Shown one piece after another: positions 30,826 through 41,645 of a stretch of DNA of 64,000 nt. How positions within the stretch are numbered: the first letter of the stretch is position 1; the number at the start of each line of letters is the position of its first letter. Source of the DNA: an uncultured virus (IMG/VR IMGVR_UViG_3300028377_000002). Lineage: Duplodnaviria; Heunggongvirae; Uroviricota; Caudoviricetes. Below the pieces are notes generated by a model. It did not search any database, was not told the origin of the DNA, and saw only the letters and a list, made by a program, of their open reading frames with translations. Location: the IMG/VR virus record IMGVR_UViG_3300028377_000002; one strand, 5' to 3'. Made by a program: the position numbers and the translations under genes.

Positions 30826-31323
30826 ATGAAAATATTAATTAAAGAATTGGTAGGTGGTGATAATGAAGTTTTAGTTTATTTAAAAACTGAAGATGATATA
30901 TCGGTTAAATGTGAAATAGCAAAAGTCGAGGAATATCATAAAGTTGTGGATAAATTTAGTGAAATTTATGACGAACCAATAAGTAGAAAACAATATGAAT
31001 ATACAGGTATGAGTGAAACAACAAAAGAACATCCACTAGTGTTAGTGTGTTACATAGATAGGTTTACGATGAGCGATGCAGAAGTAATGAGACAACTATC
31101 AACTGCAATCAATGATAAAATAGTAGAAAGAGAAGCTAACATGATGGCCTTTTTCTTACCAACAGACGGTAACGAGAGAATTGAATGTATTAACCCTATA
31201 ATAGCTAGTGAGGGCCAAAAAGAAAAAATAGATAACTTGATAAAAGATATTTCTAATAATTTTGATGTTGGTCAGAATAACGATGATTACGAAAGCAGCG
31301 CTGTAAGGCCACATAAAGATTAA
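30826..31323 (+). CDS. Hypothetical protein
   Basis: ORF after TATATTTG promoter. Confidence 0.55.
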   Translation: MKILIKELVGGDNEVLVYLKTEDDISVKCEIAKVEEYHKVVDKFSEIYDEPISRKQYEYTGMSETTKEHPLVLVCYIDRFTMSDAEVMRQLSTAINDKIVEREANMMAFFLPTDGNERIECINPIIASEGQKEKIDNLIKDISNNFDVGQNNDDYESSAVRPHKD

Positions 31324-31325
31324 TC

Positions 31326-31823
31326 ATGAAATATAAGAAAAAAGATTTGAAATTAAATAATTTTACCGTAATACACCCACCTAAAGAATTAAGTCACAAC
31401 GGAACAACAATATTCTTAGCAGGTTCAATCGAAATGGGTAAAGCATCTGAGTGGCAAGTCAAAATTGAAGAAGAAGTAGAAAAAAGAATGAAAGACGACC
31501 AAGTGATAACAATCTTCAACCCAAGGAGAAAAGATTGGGACTCATCATGGGAACAATCTATTGACAATGATAACTTTAGAGGTCAAGTAGAGTGGGAGTT
31601 AGATGGTCTAGAAGCTGCTGATAAAATAGTGGTTTATATTGACTCAGATACAAAATCAGCTATAACTTTAATGGAACTCGGTTTACATACCAACTCAAAT
31701 AAAATGTGTGTTTGTTGCCCAGAAGGATTCTATAGAAAAGGAAATGTCGATATTGTATGTAACAAATACAATATACCTATGGTTGATGATGTTGATGGAT
31801 TAATCGATTTCATTCTAAAGTAA
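31326..31823 (+). CDS. Nucleoside 2-deoxyribosyltransferase-like protein
   Basis: IFLAGSI..WQ..FNPRR..QVEWE..SAITLMELG..RKGNVDIVC. Confidence 0.8.
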   Translation: MKYKKKDLKLNNFTVIHPPKELSHNGTTIFLAGSIEMGKASEWQVKIEEEVEKRMKDDQVITIFNPRRKDWDSSWEQSIDNDNFRGQVEWELDGLEAADKIVVYIDSDTKSAITLMELGLHTNSNKMCVCCPEGFYRKGNVDIVCNKYNIPMVDDVDGLIDFILK

Positions 31824-32087
31824 ATGAGTAAAGAAGAACCTTGGTACGTTTATATTATTGAATGTTCGGATAAGACATTATACACTGGAATCTCTAATAA
31901 CGTTTCTAAGCGTGTTTTAAAGCATAATTCAGGTAAAGGTGCCAAGTATACTAGAAATAAGCTCCCTGTGGCTCTAAAGTGGTTTAAAGAGTGTAATAAT
32001 AAGTCTGAGGCGGCCAAAGAAGAGTACAGAATTAAGAAATTAACTAGGGGTAATAAATTAGAGTTAATTAAAGAGTTTACGGTCTAG
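31824..32087 (+). CDS. Small GIY-YIG nuclease (YhbQ/UPF0213-like)
   Basis: YVYIIECSDKTLYTG..R..HNSGKGAKYTR..E.RIKKL. Confidence 0.85.
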   Translation: MSKEEPWYVYIIECSDKTLYTGISNNVSKRVLKHNSGKGAKYTRNKLPVALKWFKECNNKSEAAKEEYRIKKLTRGNKLELIKEFTV

Positions 32088-32736
32088 TTGTTGTTCTCCA
32101 AATTTTAGTATAATCCCATCCAGTGTGTTTATGTATTATTTGATAGTAATCACCACACATCTTTTTATTTGCGGTACCCATAAATAGTAAGTTTTTAATC
32201 TTATTACTACTTGCAGCGTCAGATAGAGCATGGTGTAACCTTTGAGCATCAGATTTACATTTACAAATGACCATATCGAATTGGTCTTCAACATGAATTA
32301 ACAACTTGTTATTAACGACAACAACCTGTTTAACCTTTTTAGGGTTATTCATTCCTTTAACTAGAAGACCTATAATGTCTTTTATGGTTTTCCTATCATT
32401 TCTTTTATCATAACCGTAAACCCAGAAAGTCTCTTCAACTTTATACAAAGAGTCATGTAAAACGGTCCAAATACCAAATAACGGATTCTCATAAACCAAT
32501 TTACCGACTTTATTCCTAACAAGTCTAGGTTCATCAGTCTCTTCATAATCTTTAACTACATATATCTTATACTCCACGGGTATAATTGAATTACAGTTGA
32601 TGTACTTCTTCTCAAAATACACGTTGTTTTCGATTTTAATTTTATTGAAATTTGCGTATGAAGTTGTTTCCTTCTTACATTTGTGAAGGGTCTTTTTATA
32701 CTTCCCGTTTTTAGTTAATATTATTCGATAATTCAT
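32077..32736 (-). CDS. Hypothetical protein
   Basis: 219 aa ORF. Confidence 0.6.
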   Translation of the reverse strand: MNYRIILTKNGKYKKTLHKCKKETTSYANFNKIKIENNVYFEKKYINCNSIIPVEYKIYVVKDYEETDEPRLVRNKVGKLVYENPLFGIWTVLHDSLYKVEETFWVYGYDKRNDRKTIKDIIGLLVKGMNNPKKVKQVVVVNNKLLIHVEDQFDMVICKCKSDAQRLHHALSDAASSNKIKNLLFMGTANKKMCGDYYQIIHKHTGWDYTKIWRTTTRP

Positions 32737-32832
32737 CAGTTAAATATAATTAAATTTTTGAAATAATAAACATTTGTGATAAACAAAAAAATGTTGTATG
32801 TTTGCATTAAATGTTTATAATAAATAGTAGTA

Positions 32833-33873
32833 TTGCATATGGAAAAAGATTTGTATAAAATTTTAGGTGTTGATAAAAATGCTGATGCCAGTAAGATAAA
32901 AAAGGCTTACAGGAAATTAGCAATGAAATATCACCCAGATAAAAACCCTGATGATAAAGAAGCTGAAGTAAAATTTAAGGATGTTGCTGAGGCCTATGAA
33001 ATATTAGTTGACCCTGACAAAAAAAGACAATACGACTCTGGTGGTTATTCTTCCTTCGCTGGTGGTCAACCTAAAAGCAGAGGTTTTCAAGATTTTGAAG
33101 AGTTCTTTAGCCAAGTTAGACGTCAGCAACAGAGGCAAAATAATATGGAACAATACAGCATCTTCAAACGTATTACACTAACGGTTGAGGAGGTTTTCAA
33201 TGGAACCAAAAAATCATTTAGATATGATAGATATGATAAATGTAAATCTTGTGATGGTGAAGGTGGTGAAGATGTTAGTAAATGTACAAACTGCGATGGT
33301 AAAGGTGTTAAAACAACAGTTAAAAGTACCCAATTCGGTATATTTCAACAAACATTTGATTGTAGCGATTGCGGTGGTAAAGGTTTTGTTATTAAAAATC
33401 CATGTAACGCATGTGGAGGTGATGGTATAGTAGTAAAGTCAGAAAAAGCAGACATTAATATACCTCATAGTACTTTTGAAAATGAGAAGTTAATCATGTG
33501 GGGTATGGGTTCTTATTATAAAGAAGATGGTGCAGATAAACATGGTGATTTAGTCTTACTTATTAGAGTAAAAGAGGATAACTTCAAAATAGTAAATCAC
33601 TATGATTTATTGTCAACAATCAAAGTAGATTACTCAACCCTAGTTCTAGGTGGTAAAAGAAGTTTTAAAACAATTGAGGGTAATGAAATAAATGTTACTA
33701 TAAGTGAAAGCACTGATATAAACAAAACTTTAAAAGTTAAAGGTAAAGGGTTGAAGAATAAGAATAGTAACATCAGAGGTGACCAATACTTAAACGTAGA
33801 ATTGTATATGCCTACTGAAGTATCAGAGAAAGAAAGAGAATTATTAGAAGAATTAAAAAAACCTGAACAATAG
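32833..33873 (+). CDS. dnaJ: DnaJ chaperone
   Basis: J domain HPD, four CxxCxGxG repeats, C-terminal GD.Y. Confidence 0.93.
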   Translation: MHMEKDLYKILGVDKNADASKIKKAYRKLAMKYHPDKNPDDKEAEVKFKDVAEAYEILVDPDKKRQYDSGGYSSFAGGQPKSRGFQDFEEFFSQVRRQQQRQNNMEQYSIFKRITLTVEEVFNGTKKSFRYDRYDKCKSCDGEGGEDVSKCTNCDGKGVKTTVKSTQFGIFQQTFDCSDCGGKGFVIKNPCNACGGDGIVVKSEKADINIPHSTFENEKLIMWGMGSYYKEDGADKHGDLVLLIRVKEDNFKIVNHYDLLSTIKVDYSTLVLGGKRSFKTIEGNEINVTISESTDINKTLKVKGKGLKNKNSNIRGDQYLNVELYMPTEVSEKERELLEELKKPEQ

Positions 33874-33937
33874 CTTGTTTATAACTTAAATAACTCGTTT
33901 ATTTGTTCTATAAATAAATTAATAAAAAGAAGATACT

Positions 33938-34357
33938 ATGGCAAAATGGACAGAACCATCAAATGAAACGCACGATGAGATTATGAATTTCATTATAAGC
34001 AACAACTTGGATAGTCAAATTAATACCAAAGTGATTGTTAATGATGAGCAAAAGACTTTATTCTCAGTCAAAAAAGAAACTGACGCTAACAAGTTCGCTT
34101 ATGGTTACGATATGAAAGTAATTGTTAATGAAGTTATCTTTGACGGCCTAGACTCTATGCATAGAGCTTTAGCTATTGAAGAAGCATTAGCTGGGGTACA
34201 TTATGATTACGAGAATGACAAGTTAGTTGTTAGCCCTCGTGATAAGGTGTACAAATCATTCATTGATAAGCGTGGATGGGATAATTTTGAAGTACTGGAA
34301 GAGTCTATAAAAAGTTTATACGACAAAGCAAAGAACGAGAAAAACGCAGAGGGATAA
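33938..34357 (+). CDS. Hypothetical protein
   Basis: ORF only. Confidence 0.6.
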   Translation: MAKWTEPSNETHDEIMNFIISNNLDSQINTKVIVNDEQKTLFSVKKETDANKFAYGYDMKVIVNEVIFDGLDSMHRALAIEEALAGVHYDYENDKLVVSPRDKVYKSFIDKRGWDNFEVLEESIKSLYDKAKNEKNAEG

Positions 34358-34358
34358 T

Positions 34359-35048
34359 ATGGAGAACCTATCGAAAGATTTTAAAAAGTACGCAAAAGAT
34401 AAATTCAACGTATCATCTAGCCAGTTCGAAGAATACCTTAAAAGCTATGCTACAGCAAAGGGATTACCAATGGACTCAATGACACCATACATCTTAGAAG
34501 AAAGAGAGATGAGGGTAACTCAAATGGATATATTCTCTAGGATGATGAGAGAAAGAATCCTATGGGTATCTGGTGAAGTAAATCAATATATGAGTGATGT
34601 GGTTAAAGCACAAATTCTTTACTTAGCTAGTGTAAGCTCAGAAGATATCACGATGTACATTGACTCACCAGGCGGGTCCGTCTTAAATGGCCTATCAATG
34701 ATTGATACAATGGAGCTTGTTAAACCTGACATTAAGACGATTAACAACGGTTTATGCGCTTCAATGGGTTCAGTATTATTAGGCGCTGGGGCTAAGGGTA
34801 AAAGACTAGCTTTACCAAATAGCTTTGTTATGATACACCAAGTATCATCTGGATATCAAGGTAACATTCAAGATATTGAAATATCATATAAATTATCTCA
34901 AAGACTTAATGATAGGTTATTTAAATTATTAGGTAAGTATTCAGGTAAAACTGAAGAGATTGTTAAAAATGATGCAGTCAGAGACCTATGGTTAGACTCG
35001 GAAGAGGCTAAAGAGTATGGATTAGTGGATGAAATAATAGGAGAGTAG
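34359..35048 (+). CDS. clpP: ClpP protease subunit
   Basis: DIFSRM, YIDSPGG, CASMG (Ser), MIHQ (His), RDLW (Asp). Confidence 0.95.
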   Translation: MENLSKDFKKYAKDKFNVSSSQFEEYLKSYATAKGLPMDSMTPYILEEREMRVTQMDIFSRMMRERILWVSGEVNQYMSDVVKAQILYLASVSSEDITMYIDSPGGSVLNGLSMIDTMELVKPDIKTINNGLCASMGSVLLGAGAKGKRLALPNSFVMIHQVSSGYQGNIQDIEISYKLSQRLNDRLFKLLGKYSGKTEEIVKNDAVRDLWLDSEEAKEYGLVDEIIGE

Positions 35049-35148
35049 TAATTTTAACTAAGGCCCTACGTTATTAGTAGGGCCAAAGTTAATAAAGTAT
35101 TTACATTTTTTTCTACATACTTATAATAAACAAGTTCTTTAACATAAT

Positions 35149-35517
35149 GGGGGTGACTGGATTTGACCAGAGATAGACTGAGAGATACAGCATGTAGTGT
35201 TAGATTGGAAACACTTAAATACTCTATCAAAACTTTTAAATGGCGACATTTTAAACGTAGAAGAAAATTTCTTTGCAACAGCTTCTAGGAGCTTTGCTGG
35301 AGAGGTGGCTGTAGCCTAATTACAGCAAATGGTGGTAGCCCACCAAGAACCTGATGTTAAACAGTAAAATAATCGGATAGTACTTAACGTTAAAGTGCAA
35401 AACTTTTGGAAGGGATTAGAAACCTTAACCTGTTTGGATGAATCATTAAACATACCTAAACATGTAGACGGATTTTGATTCGTTTTTGGGACGTGGGTTC
35501 GAATCCCACCACCTCCA
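35149..35517 (+). ncRNA. ssrA: tmRNA
   Basis: 5' GGGGGTGACTGGATTTGAC, 3' GTGGGTTCGAATCCCAC-CACCTCC-A with G3-U70; tag ORF 35242-35319 GDILNVEENFFATASRSFAGEVAVA*. Confidence 0.92.
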
Positions 35518-35578
35518 CAATTAAAAAAAGCCATAATTTAAATTATGGCTTTTTTGTTTTAAGTAATTAAATTAACAT

Positions 35579-35701
35579 CTACTGATTCTCTGTTCTTATT
35601 GTCCTAACTGTTACAGCAGGCTTAACACGATTATTAGTTTTGTTAGTCTTTACTTTTGTGGTAGTTATACCACTTTTTTTCTTTTTACATCCACATCCCA
35701 T
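35579..35701 (-). CDS. Small basic protein MGCGCKKKK..., 40 aa, not in ORF track
   Basis: TATTTATA motif upstream on minus strand. Confidence 0.5.
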   Translation of the reverse strand: MGCGCKKKKSGITTTKVKTNKTNNRVKPAVTVRTIRTENQ

Positions 35702-35787
35702 ATCTTTTGTTTTACTATAAATATACGGGATAAGGTAAAATAATAAATAAAATATTGCTTTTTAAATAAAAAATACTAAAATTAATC

Positions 35788-35985
35788 ATGTTTAAAACTA
35801 AAATAATATTATTAGATAAAGATTGGAATGAGGTCTTTAAGTATAAATCTAATATGAAGCCAATTGAGGGTGAGTTCATATATATAGAAGGGTTAAAATC
35901 TTATTATAAGGTGTTTAAGGTGGTCCATTCAATCATGGACACTGATAAAGTAATACTAGTTGTTGAAAAAGTAGAAGGTCTATAA
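35788..35985 (+). CDS. Hypothetical protein
   Basis: ORF only. Confidence 0.5.
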   Translation: MFKTKIILLDKDWNEVFKYKSNMKPIEGEFIYIEGLKSYYKVFKVVHSIMDTDKVILVVEKVEGL

Positions 35986-36027
35986 GAAACCTTTTAATAT
36001 TTACAACTATTTATTATAAAACTTAAT

Positions 36028-37065
36028 ATGAATAAGCAAACCACCTTAAAAGGATTATATGGGCAAGTGTTGTACGAGAGTACAATGAAAAAACTATGTA
36101 ACGAAAATTTCTTTACATTAGTTAGTGAATATTATTCGATGTCAGGTGATTACAAAACTGATAGCAAATTAGTCAACGAATTATACGAGTACATTAAAGA
36201 AGATGATGACTTTGACCCATTAGGTCATGGTGCTGAAGCAAAAGATATTCCAGATGAAGCTGAAGATAAGATATGTGTTCTTAGTATGTCAAAAGGTAAC
36301 GCTAAATTAGATTGGCCATACCTATCACTTCCAGCAGGTTATACATGCCCAATGGCAACTATATGTAAGAACTTCGCAGCCAAGTCAGGTAAAAAATTCA
36401 GCGATGGTTCATCAGTAAAAGGCGGTAAAGAAAGAGAATTTATGTGTTATGCGGCCAGACAACAGGCCCAATATCATAAGACAGCAGGTAAAAATGCTTT
36501 TAGTAATCTAAAACTTTTACAAACAGCTTTTAATTCTGGTGGTGTTGATGCCATGGCCGATTTAATTGTAAACTCATTAGAATATCATGGATATGATAAA
36601 ACTAAAGTGTTTAGAATACATGAGGGTGGTGATTTTTATAGTAATGAGTACTTTAAAGCTTGGATAGAGGTGGCTAAAAGATTACCATCAGTAATATTTT
36701 ATACTCACACAACGTCACTTAACTTCTGGATGAACAATAAAGGTTCGATACCTAAAAACTTTAAGTTAATAGCTTCAATGGATAAGAATAACGCTGATAT
36801 GATATTAAACAATAACCTTAGGTTTGCCAAAGTTGTTTATTCAGTTGAGGAAGCTAAAGAATTAGGACTTAAAATCGATTATGACGACACGATAGCTGCA
36901 TTTGGTGATGAATCTTTCGCTCTATTAATACATGGTCAACAACCGGCTGGTACCAAAGCTAGTAAAGCAGTCCAAGATATCAAGAAGTCAGGTATAGACA
37001 AAAAGATAAAGGCATTACATAAAGCTAATAAGAGTAATAGACAGAAACAATTATATAGTAAGTAA
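36028..37065 (+). CDS. Gp88-like protein
   Basis: SLPAGYTCP..C..CYA and FRIHEGGDFYS..YFKAW..FYTHT. Confidence 0.65.
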   Translation: MNKQTTLKGLYGQVLYESTMKKLCNENFFTLVSEYYSMSGDYKTDSKLVNELYEYIKEDDDFDPLGHGAEAKDIPDEAEDKICVLSMSKGNAKLDWPYLSLPAGYTCPMATICKNFAAKSGKKFSDGSSVKGGKEREFMCYAARQQAQYHKTAGKNAFSNLKLLQTAFNSGGVDAMADLIVNSLEYHGYDKTKVFRIHEGGDFYSNEYFKAWIEVAKRLPSVIFYTHTTSLNFWMNNKGSIPKNFKLIASMDKNNADMILNNNLRFAKVVYSVEEAKELGLKIDYDDTIAAFGDESFALLIHGQQPAGTKASKAVQDIKKSGIDKKIKALHKANKSNRQKQLYSK

Positions 37066-37268
37066 TGGAAAAACCAACTAAAAAAATAGACGACTTAAGT
37101 AAAGAGGAGAAAAAAAAGTGGGAAGAAAAAATGAGATACCTAGAGGGTGACACCTCTAATAGAAACGCCTTGGATAAAATAAAACAAGGTCGTGGGTGGA
37201 TTTTTTAAAAAAAGCTTTTTTCACTCGAAATAAAGTTATATATTTGTAATGTAAATAAAAGCAAAGAT

Positions 37269-37676
37269 ATGACTAAAGAATGGAAAGATGTTAGAGTTAT
37301 ACCAAATAGCGGCAACCCAATGTGGAGTGGTGGCGCTTATACAATGGCTTTTGTTTATTCCAACAAAGGTAATTTCTTAGTAAAAGGTTACTACAAAGAA
37401 GTAAAAGAATACCTTGAATCTGAAATTAAAAAAGGTCTGAAGTTTGTAGTTAATTATACTCTATGGAGTAGAAGACCTTATACTGATGAAAAACATCATA
37501 GAGATATCTGGAATACATCGAATAGAAGGACTTTCCTATTTGAACCAGACTACAAAAGTAGAGGTAATTATAAAAGAAGATACAAATGGAGATTTGATAA
37601 TTCTGAAAAAGATACAGAGTTAATACTTAAAAGATTTCCAAAAAGATGGATTCCAGAATTCGATAAAGTTATATAA
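37269..37676 (+). CDS. Hypothetical protein
   Basis: ORF after TATATTTG promoter. Confidence 0.55.
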   Translation: MTKEWKDVRVIPNSGNPMWSGGAYTMAFVYSNKGNFLVKGYYKEVKEYLESEIKKGLKFVVNYTLWSRRPYTDEKHHRDIWNTSNRRTFLFEPDYKSRGNYKRRYKWRFDNSEKDTELILKRFPKRWIPEFDKVI

Positions 37677-37862
37677 TGTGTGAAGTGGGTTAAATATAGA
37701 ACGCACAACCACCCCAGTGGCCTAGATAGTGAGTTAATTATAGAAAGCATAACAGCTCCAATATAAGTCTAGGTCCACATCACATTATTGTATTAAAAAA
37801 TACTTAAAATTATTCTTTATAAGAAAGTTTATCCATATATTTGCTACAACAAAAATAATACT

Positions 37863-38981
37863 ATGAGACTTTCAAAGAAAATAGAACTTCCAAAAGACGT
37901 GTTCGTGATGCATCACATCATGAGTCTACACGATAAAGAACTACATGTTGTAGGTGGAGCAGTTAGAGACTCACTATTGGGAATAAAACCAAAAGATTGG
38001 GATTTAGTAACTGACGCAAAACCATCTGAAGTGAAAGAAATATTTAGCGAATCTGAATTCGTTAATAATGTTCTGGATGTAGGCGAATCATTCGGTGTTA
38101 TTATCTTAGTAACCGACTCTGGTGAATACGAAGTAGCCACTATGAGAGCTGATGTGGGTAAGGGTAGAAGACCAGACTCAGTTAGTTTTAAATCAACTAT
38201 GAAGGAAGACGTCATGAGAAGAGGTTTAACAATGAACGCATTGTTTTACGATATTGGTAGTGGTGAAGTGGTCGACTTAGTTGGTGGTGTCGAAGACATT
38301 AAAAATGGTGTTGTTAGAGCTGTAGGTAAAGCTAGTGAAAGATTCGACGAAGACAGACTTAGAATACTTAGAGCAATTAGATTTGCTGGTAGATTTGGTT
38401 CCGACTTGGATAAAGAAATAGATGAGTTTTTAATTAAAGACAATTCACTTCAAGGCGTATCTGGTGAAAGAATTAGAGATGAGTTTATTAAAGGAATTAA
38501 ATCAGCTAAGTCAACCAAACACTTTTTAGGTATGATTGATAAGTACAACTTATTCCATACAATATTTGGTGGTTTGGAGCCAATTAACAAAGAGTTTGTT
38601 GAATCTAATGACGAGCTACTAGTGATTAGTAAGTTGTTAAGTGAAGCACCGCACAAAATTATAGGCAAAAAACTTAACTCAATTAAATACTCTTCGGATG
38701 AAGTTAGAAAAATAACTTTTTTAGTTAGATTTTTACAGTCATTTAGTAAGGACACTTTCTACGACTTGAAGAAAATACACTCAATATCTAAGTTAGATGA
38801 TGGTTTATTTAAAGAATTCAGTGAAGTTATGAGTATAAACTCTCAACTAGTTAAAAACTTTATTGAATTTAACTTCACCGTAGATGGTGGTGATGTGATG
38901 GATGAGTTTAAATTAAAAGCTGGCCCTGAATTAGGTAAGAAAATTAAATGGTTAGAGACCAGTAAATTTTTTAGCGTATAA
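37863..38981 (+). CDS. cca: CCA-adding tRNA nucleotidyltransferase
   Basis: VGGAVRD..DWD, RRGLTMNAL, EDRLRILRAIRF, SGERIRDE. Confidence 0.88.
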   Translation: MRLSKKIELPKDVFVMHHIMSLHDKELHVVGGAVRDSLLGIKPKDWDLVTDAKPSEVKEIFSESEFVNNVLDVGESFGVIILVTDSGEYEVATMRADVGKGRRPDSVSFKSTMKEDVMRRGLTMNALFYDIGSGEVVDLVGGVEDIKNGVVRAVGKASERFDEDRLRILRAIRFAGRFGSDLDKEIDEFLIKDNSLQGVSGERIRDEFIKGIKSAKSTKHFLGMIDKYNLFHTIFGGLEPINKEFVESNDELLVISKLLSEAPHKIIGKKLNSIKYSSDEVRKITFLVRFLQSFSKDTFYDLKKIHSISKLDDGLFKEFSEVMSINSQLVKNFIEFNFTVDGGDVMDEFKLKAGPELGKKIKWLETSKFFSV

Positions 38982-39121
38982 ATAAAAAGAGGTAAAGTAA
39001 AATTTATCTCTTTTTTTATATAAATACTTGCGTAATACAAAGAAATTGCTTTTCTTTGTACTCAACTTTAATAATAAATAAATAAATTAAAAAAAAACTA
39101 TGGTAACATTTATTAAACGGA

Positions 39122-39170
39122 GCGTAAAACCCATTCATCGCTTTTGCGTGGATGGGATGTAAGCGACTCC
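39122..39170 (+). mobile_element. IS200/IS605-family left-end-like remnant
   Basis: CGTAAAACCCATTCA-..-TGGATGGG hairpin followed by ATGTAAGCGAC; related to hairpins at 51009 and 63301. Confidence 0.55.
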
Positions 39171-39347
39171 AATTACACTTACGTTTTGTAAATTTGAACA
39201 AATTTTCGTTTTTGTCAAATAATACCACTCCCACCAAAAGGAGTTAAAAGACTATTTTTCGATAGATTTAAAAAGTTATTTCCAGAATTTAAAATATAAA
39301 CCACTTTTAAGTGGTTTTTTTTTATATTTATGTGTAAGCACTAACTA

Positions 39348-39890
39348 ATGAAAAATAAGGTTGTTTACATTATAATACTAATCGTTTTAGTCATACTCGG
39401 AATCATATTCTTATTTCCTAGCAAATACACCAATAACCTTAAGCAGGTTAAGATAGAAAGAACTAATCAGATATATAACGTAACTAACAACACTTCTGTC
39501 GATACAATATATAGGAAAGGTCTAGAAATACTAGATATAAAAAATGAAAAGTTCATAATTACAAAATTCAACGGAAAAGAAAGAACAATTTTCAATGAAG
39601 AGATAAAGTTGAGAGGTGCCGTAATAGAAAAAGATGGGTACTACTTTATCAAAACAGACTTAGGTAGTAATAAGAACATAATTGATATAGCTTCTCATGA
39701 ACTAATACATGTAAAGCAGATGGTAAATGGTAATTTCAAAATTACAGATAAAGGAATTTACTATAAGGGTAAATTTTACAAGCTACCATTAGAAGTTAAG
39801 TACGAAGACCTGCCTTGGGAAAAAGAGGCTTATAAAGAATCGATACCATTATTAAAAATAATGAAAGATTCGCTATTACAAAAAAGATAA
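39348..39890 (+). CDS. Membrane-anchored HExxH metallopeptidase-like protein
   Basis: N-terminal TM; HELIHVKQ...PWEKEA. Confidence 0.7.
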   Translation: MKNKVVYIIILIVLVILGIIFLFPSKYTNNLKQVKIERTNQIYNVTNNTSVDTIYRKGLEILDIKNEKFIITKFNGKERTIFNEEIKLRGAVIEKDGYYFIKTDLGSNKNIIDIASHELIHVKQMVNGNFKITDKGIYYKGKFYKLPLEVKYEDLPWEKEAYKESIPLLKIMKDSLLQKR

Positions 39891-39894
39891 TAAT

Positions 39895-40410
39895 ATGAAC
39901 AACTGGAATTTAGTAGAAATACTTAAACAATTCTCATCTAAACAAAAACTATTTGTATTAGTTTTTATGGTTTTAGTGATAGGTAGTACCACGGTAATAA
40001 CCACATACCTCACCACAACATCTAAGGATTTAGACGATGAAATTACTAGATTAAAAGAAGATAATACAATATTAAGAGAAGATATTGAGAAGTTAAAAGA
40101 GAGAGAAGAAACATTAACTGCGATGGTAGTAGAAATACTTCAAAAAGCATCTAATTTAAAAAATAATCTAGAAGAAGAAGATAATAGGGTTGTGATGAGT
40201 GTTAGTAGAGAAGCACCTTATCTATCAGGTGAAAACACTTCATCAGTAAAGAAGGATAGTTTGTTAGTAAAGTCAGACACTATAGGTAGAAGGTTGGCCA
40301 GCGTCATGAATTATGTACCTGAACCTGAACCTAAAAAGAATGCCAAAACAATTGAAATGTTGGATGAGATAATAAATACAGGTAAAGAAATTAGAAAAGA
40401 TAATCCATAA
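39895..40410 (+). CDS. Membrane-anchored coiled-coil protein
   Basis: TM followed by heptads. Confidence 0.55.
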   Translation: MNNWNLVEILKQFSSKQKLFVLVFMVLVIGSTTVITTYLTTTSKDLDDEITRLKEDNTILREDIEKLKEREETLTAMVVEILQKASNLKNNLEEEDNRVVMSVSREAPYLSGENTSSVKKDSLLVKSDTIGRRLASVMNYVPEPEPKKNAKTIEMLDEIINTGKEIRKDNP

Positions 40411-40438
40411 AAAAAAGCCCTTATAAGGGCTTTTTTCT

Positions 40439-40780
40439 TTAATTATCTGCTATCAGATGTTCTATCTTCTTTTCCAGTTTTTTAATGTATAAATCTTTAG
40501 CTGAATAAGTAACACCATCTACGGTCAATTCAACTAACTCATCATTATCATATATGGCCTTATGCTCTAGTTCATCTTTAATGTACAACTTCCACTCACC
40601 ACATTTTTTTAATCCTTCACTAGTCTTTTCATAGAAACCTTCTTGTCTGATATAACCATCCGTAGCATCTTCAACATAGGAGTAATAATTAGTGTCAATT
40701 TGTTTTAATTGTTTTTCTTGAGCTGTAATCATAGGTGTAGTCATTATGACCACAATAAATGTTATAATAAATTTTTTCAT
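40439..40780 (-). CDS. Secreted small protein
   Basis: Signal peptide MKKFIITF..AQ; GEWKLY MORN-like segment. Confidence 0.55.
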   Translation of the reverse strand: MKKFIITFIVVIMTTPMITAQEKQLKQIDTNYYSYVEDATDGYIRQEGFYEKTSEGLKKCGEWKLYIKDELEHKAIYDNDELVELTVDGVTYSAKDLYIKKLEKKIEHLIADN

Positions 40781-40910
40781 AATACTTGTTTTATAATAAA
40801 TAGTTTAATGTTAACTGAATGTTAACTTAATATTAAATTAAAGATACTAATTTTTTTAACTAAAAACAAGTGGTTTACCTAAAAATCTTCATATTTATTA
40901 CTAAAATAAT

Positions 40911-41393
40911 ATGAGTAAATTAAGAATTACAGAGTCTCAATTGAAAACATTGAAGAGTTTTCTAATCTACGAGAATGAAAACATCAAAGAAGAAGAAGAA
41001 GAAAATCCATGTTGGGATGGATATGAAATGGTAGGTATGAAAGAAAAGGACGGTAAAGAAGTTCCTAACTGTGTACCTAAAGAAAGTGTGGGTGAAAAGG
41101 GTGATATGATATCTGAGGAAATACCTGATAGATATAAAGACAAAGGTTTTAAAGAAGTAGGTAAAAAGAAACAAGCACCTGATGGAGCTGACCACAAATG
41201 GGAAGTACTAGCTAAGAAAGGTGATAAGTACAAAATAGTTAAAGGTGGTACTAGAGGAATGGAAGATTACTCTCAACACGGAGATGAAGAAAGAAAAGAA
41301 GATTTTTGGAATAGAATGGGTGGTAAAAACTCAGCTGATGCCAAAGACCCTTTCTCAGCTTTATACTGGCACAAAAAATTTGACACTTGGTAA
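40911..41393 (+). CDS. Putative head-packaged protein
   Basis: RITESQL N-terminus, CWDGY..GKEVPNCVP motif, TATTTATT upstream. Confidence 0.55.
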   Translation: MSKLRITESQLKTLKSFLIYENENIKEEEEENPCWDGYEMVGMKEKDGKEVPNCVPKESVGEKGDMISEEIPDRYKDKGFKEVGKKKQAPDGADHKWEVLAKKGDKYKIVKGGTRGMEDYSQHGDEERKEDFWNRMGGKNSADAKDPFSALYWHKKFDTW

Positions 41394-41645
41394 AATATGA
41401 AAAAGAAGTTTTTAAATAATAAGGAAAAGCAAGCTCTAAAACAAAAAAGAGCTGACATGATAGTTGAATCGTTTAATGATACCTATAATAAAATAAAGCG
41501 ATTGAATGAAAGTGATGAAGTTAAGTTGAAAATTTTTAAAGATTATTTAAAATCCTTAAATAACGGGTCTTTTGAAAAATTTGAGAATAATTTAATGAAA
41601 TAACAACTTTTAGAGTTTTTTGGATATTTATAATAAATAAGTATC

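Noticed and set aside
35066..35534. Minus-strand ORFs 35066-35278 and 35316-35534
   Set aside because: Antisense to tmRNA.
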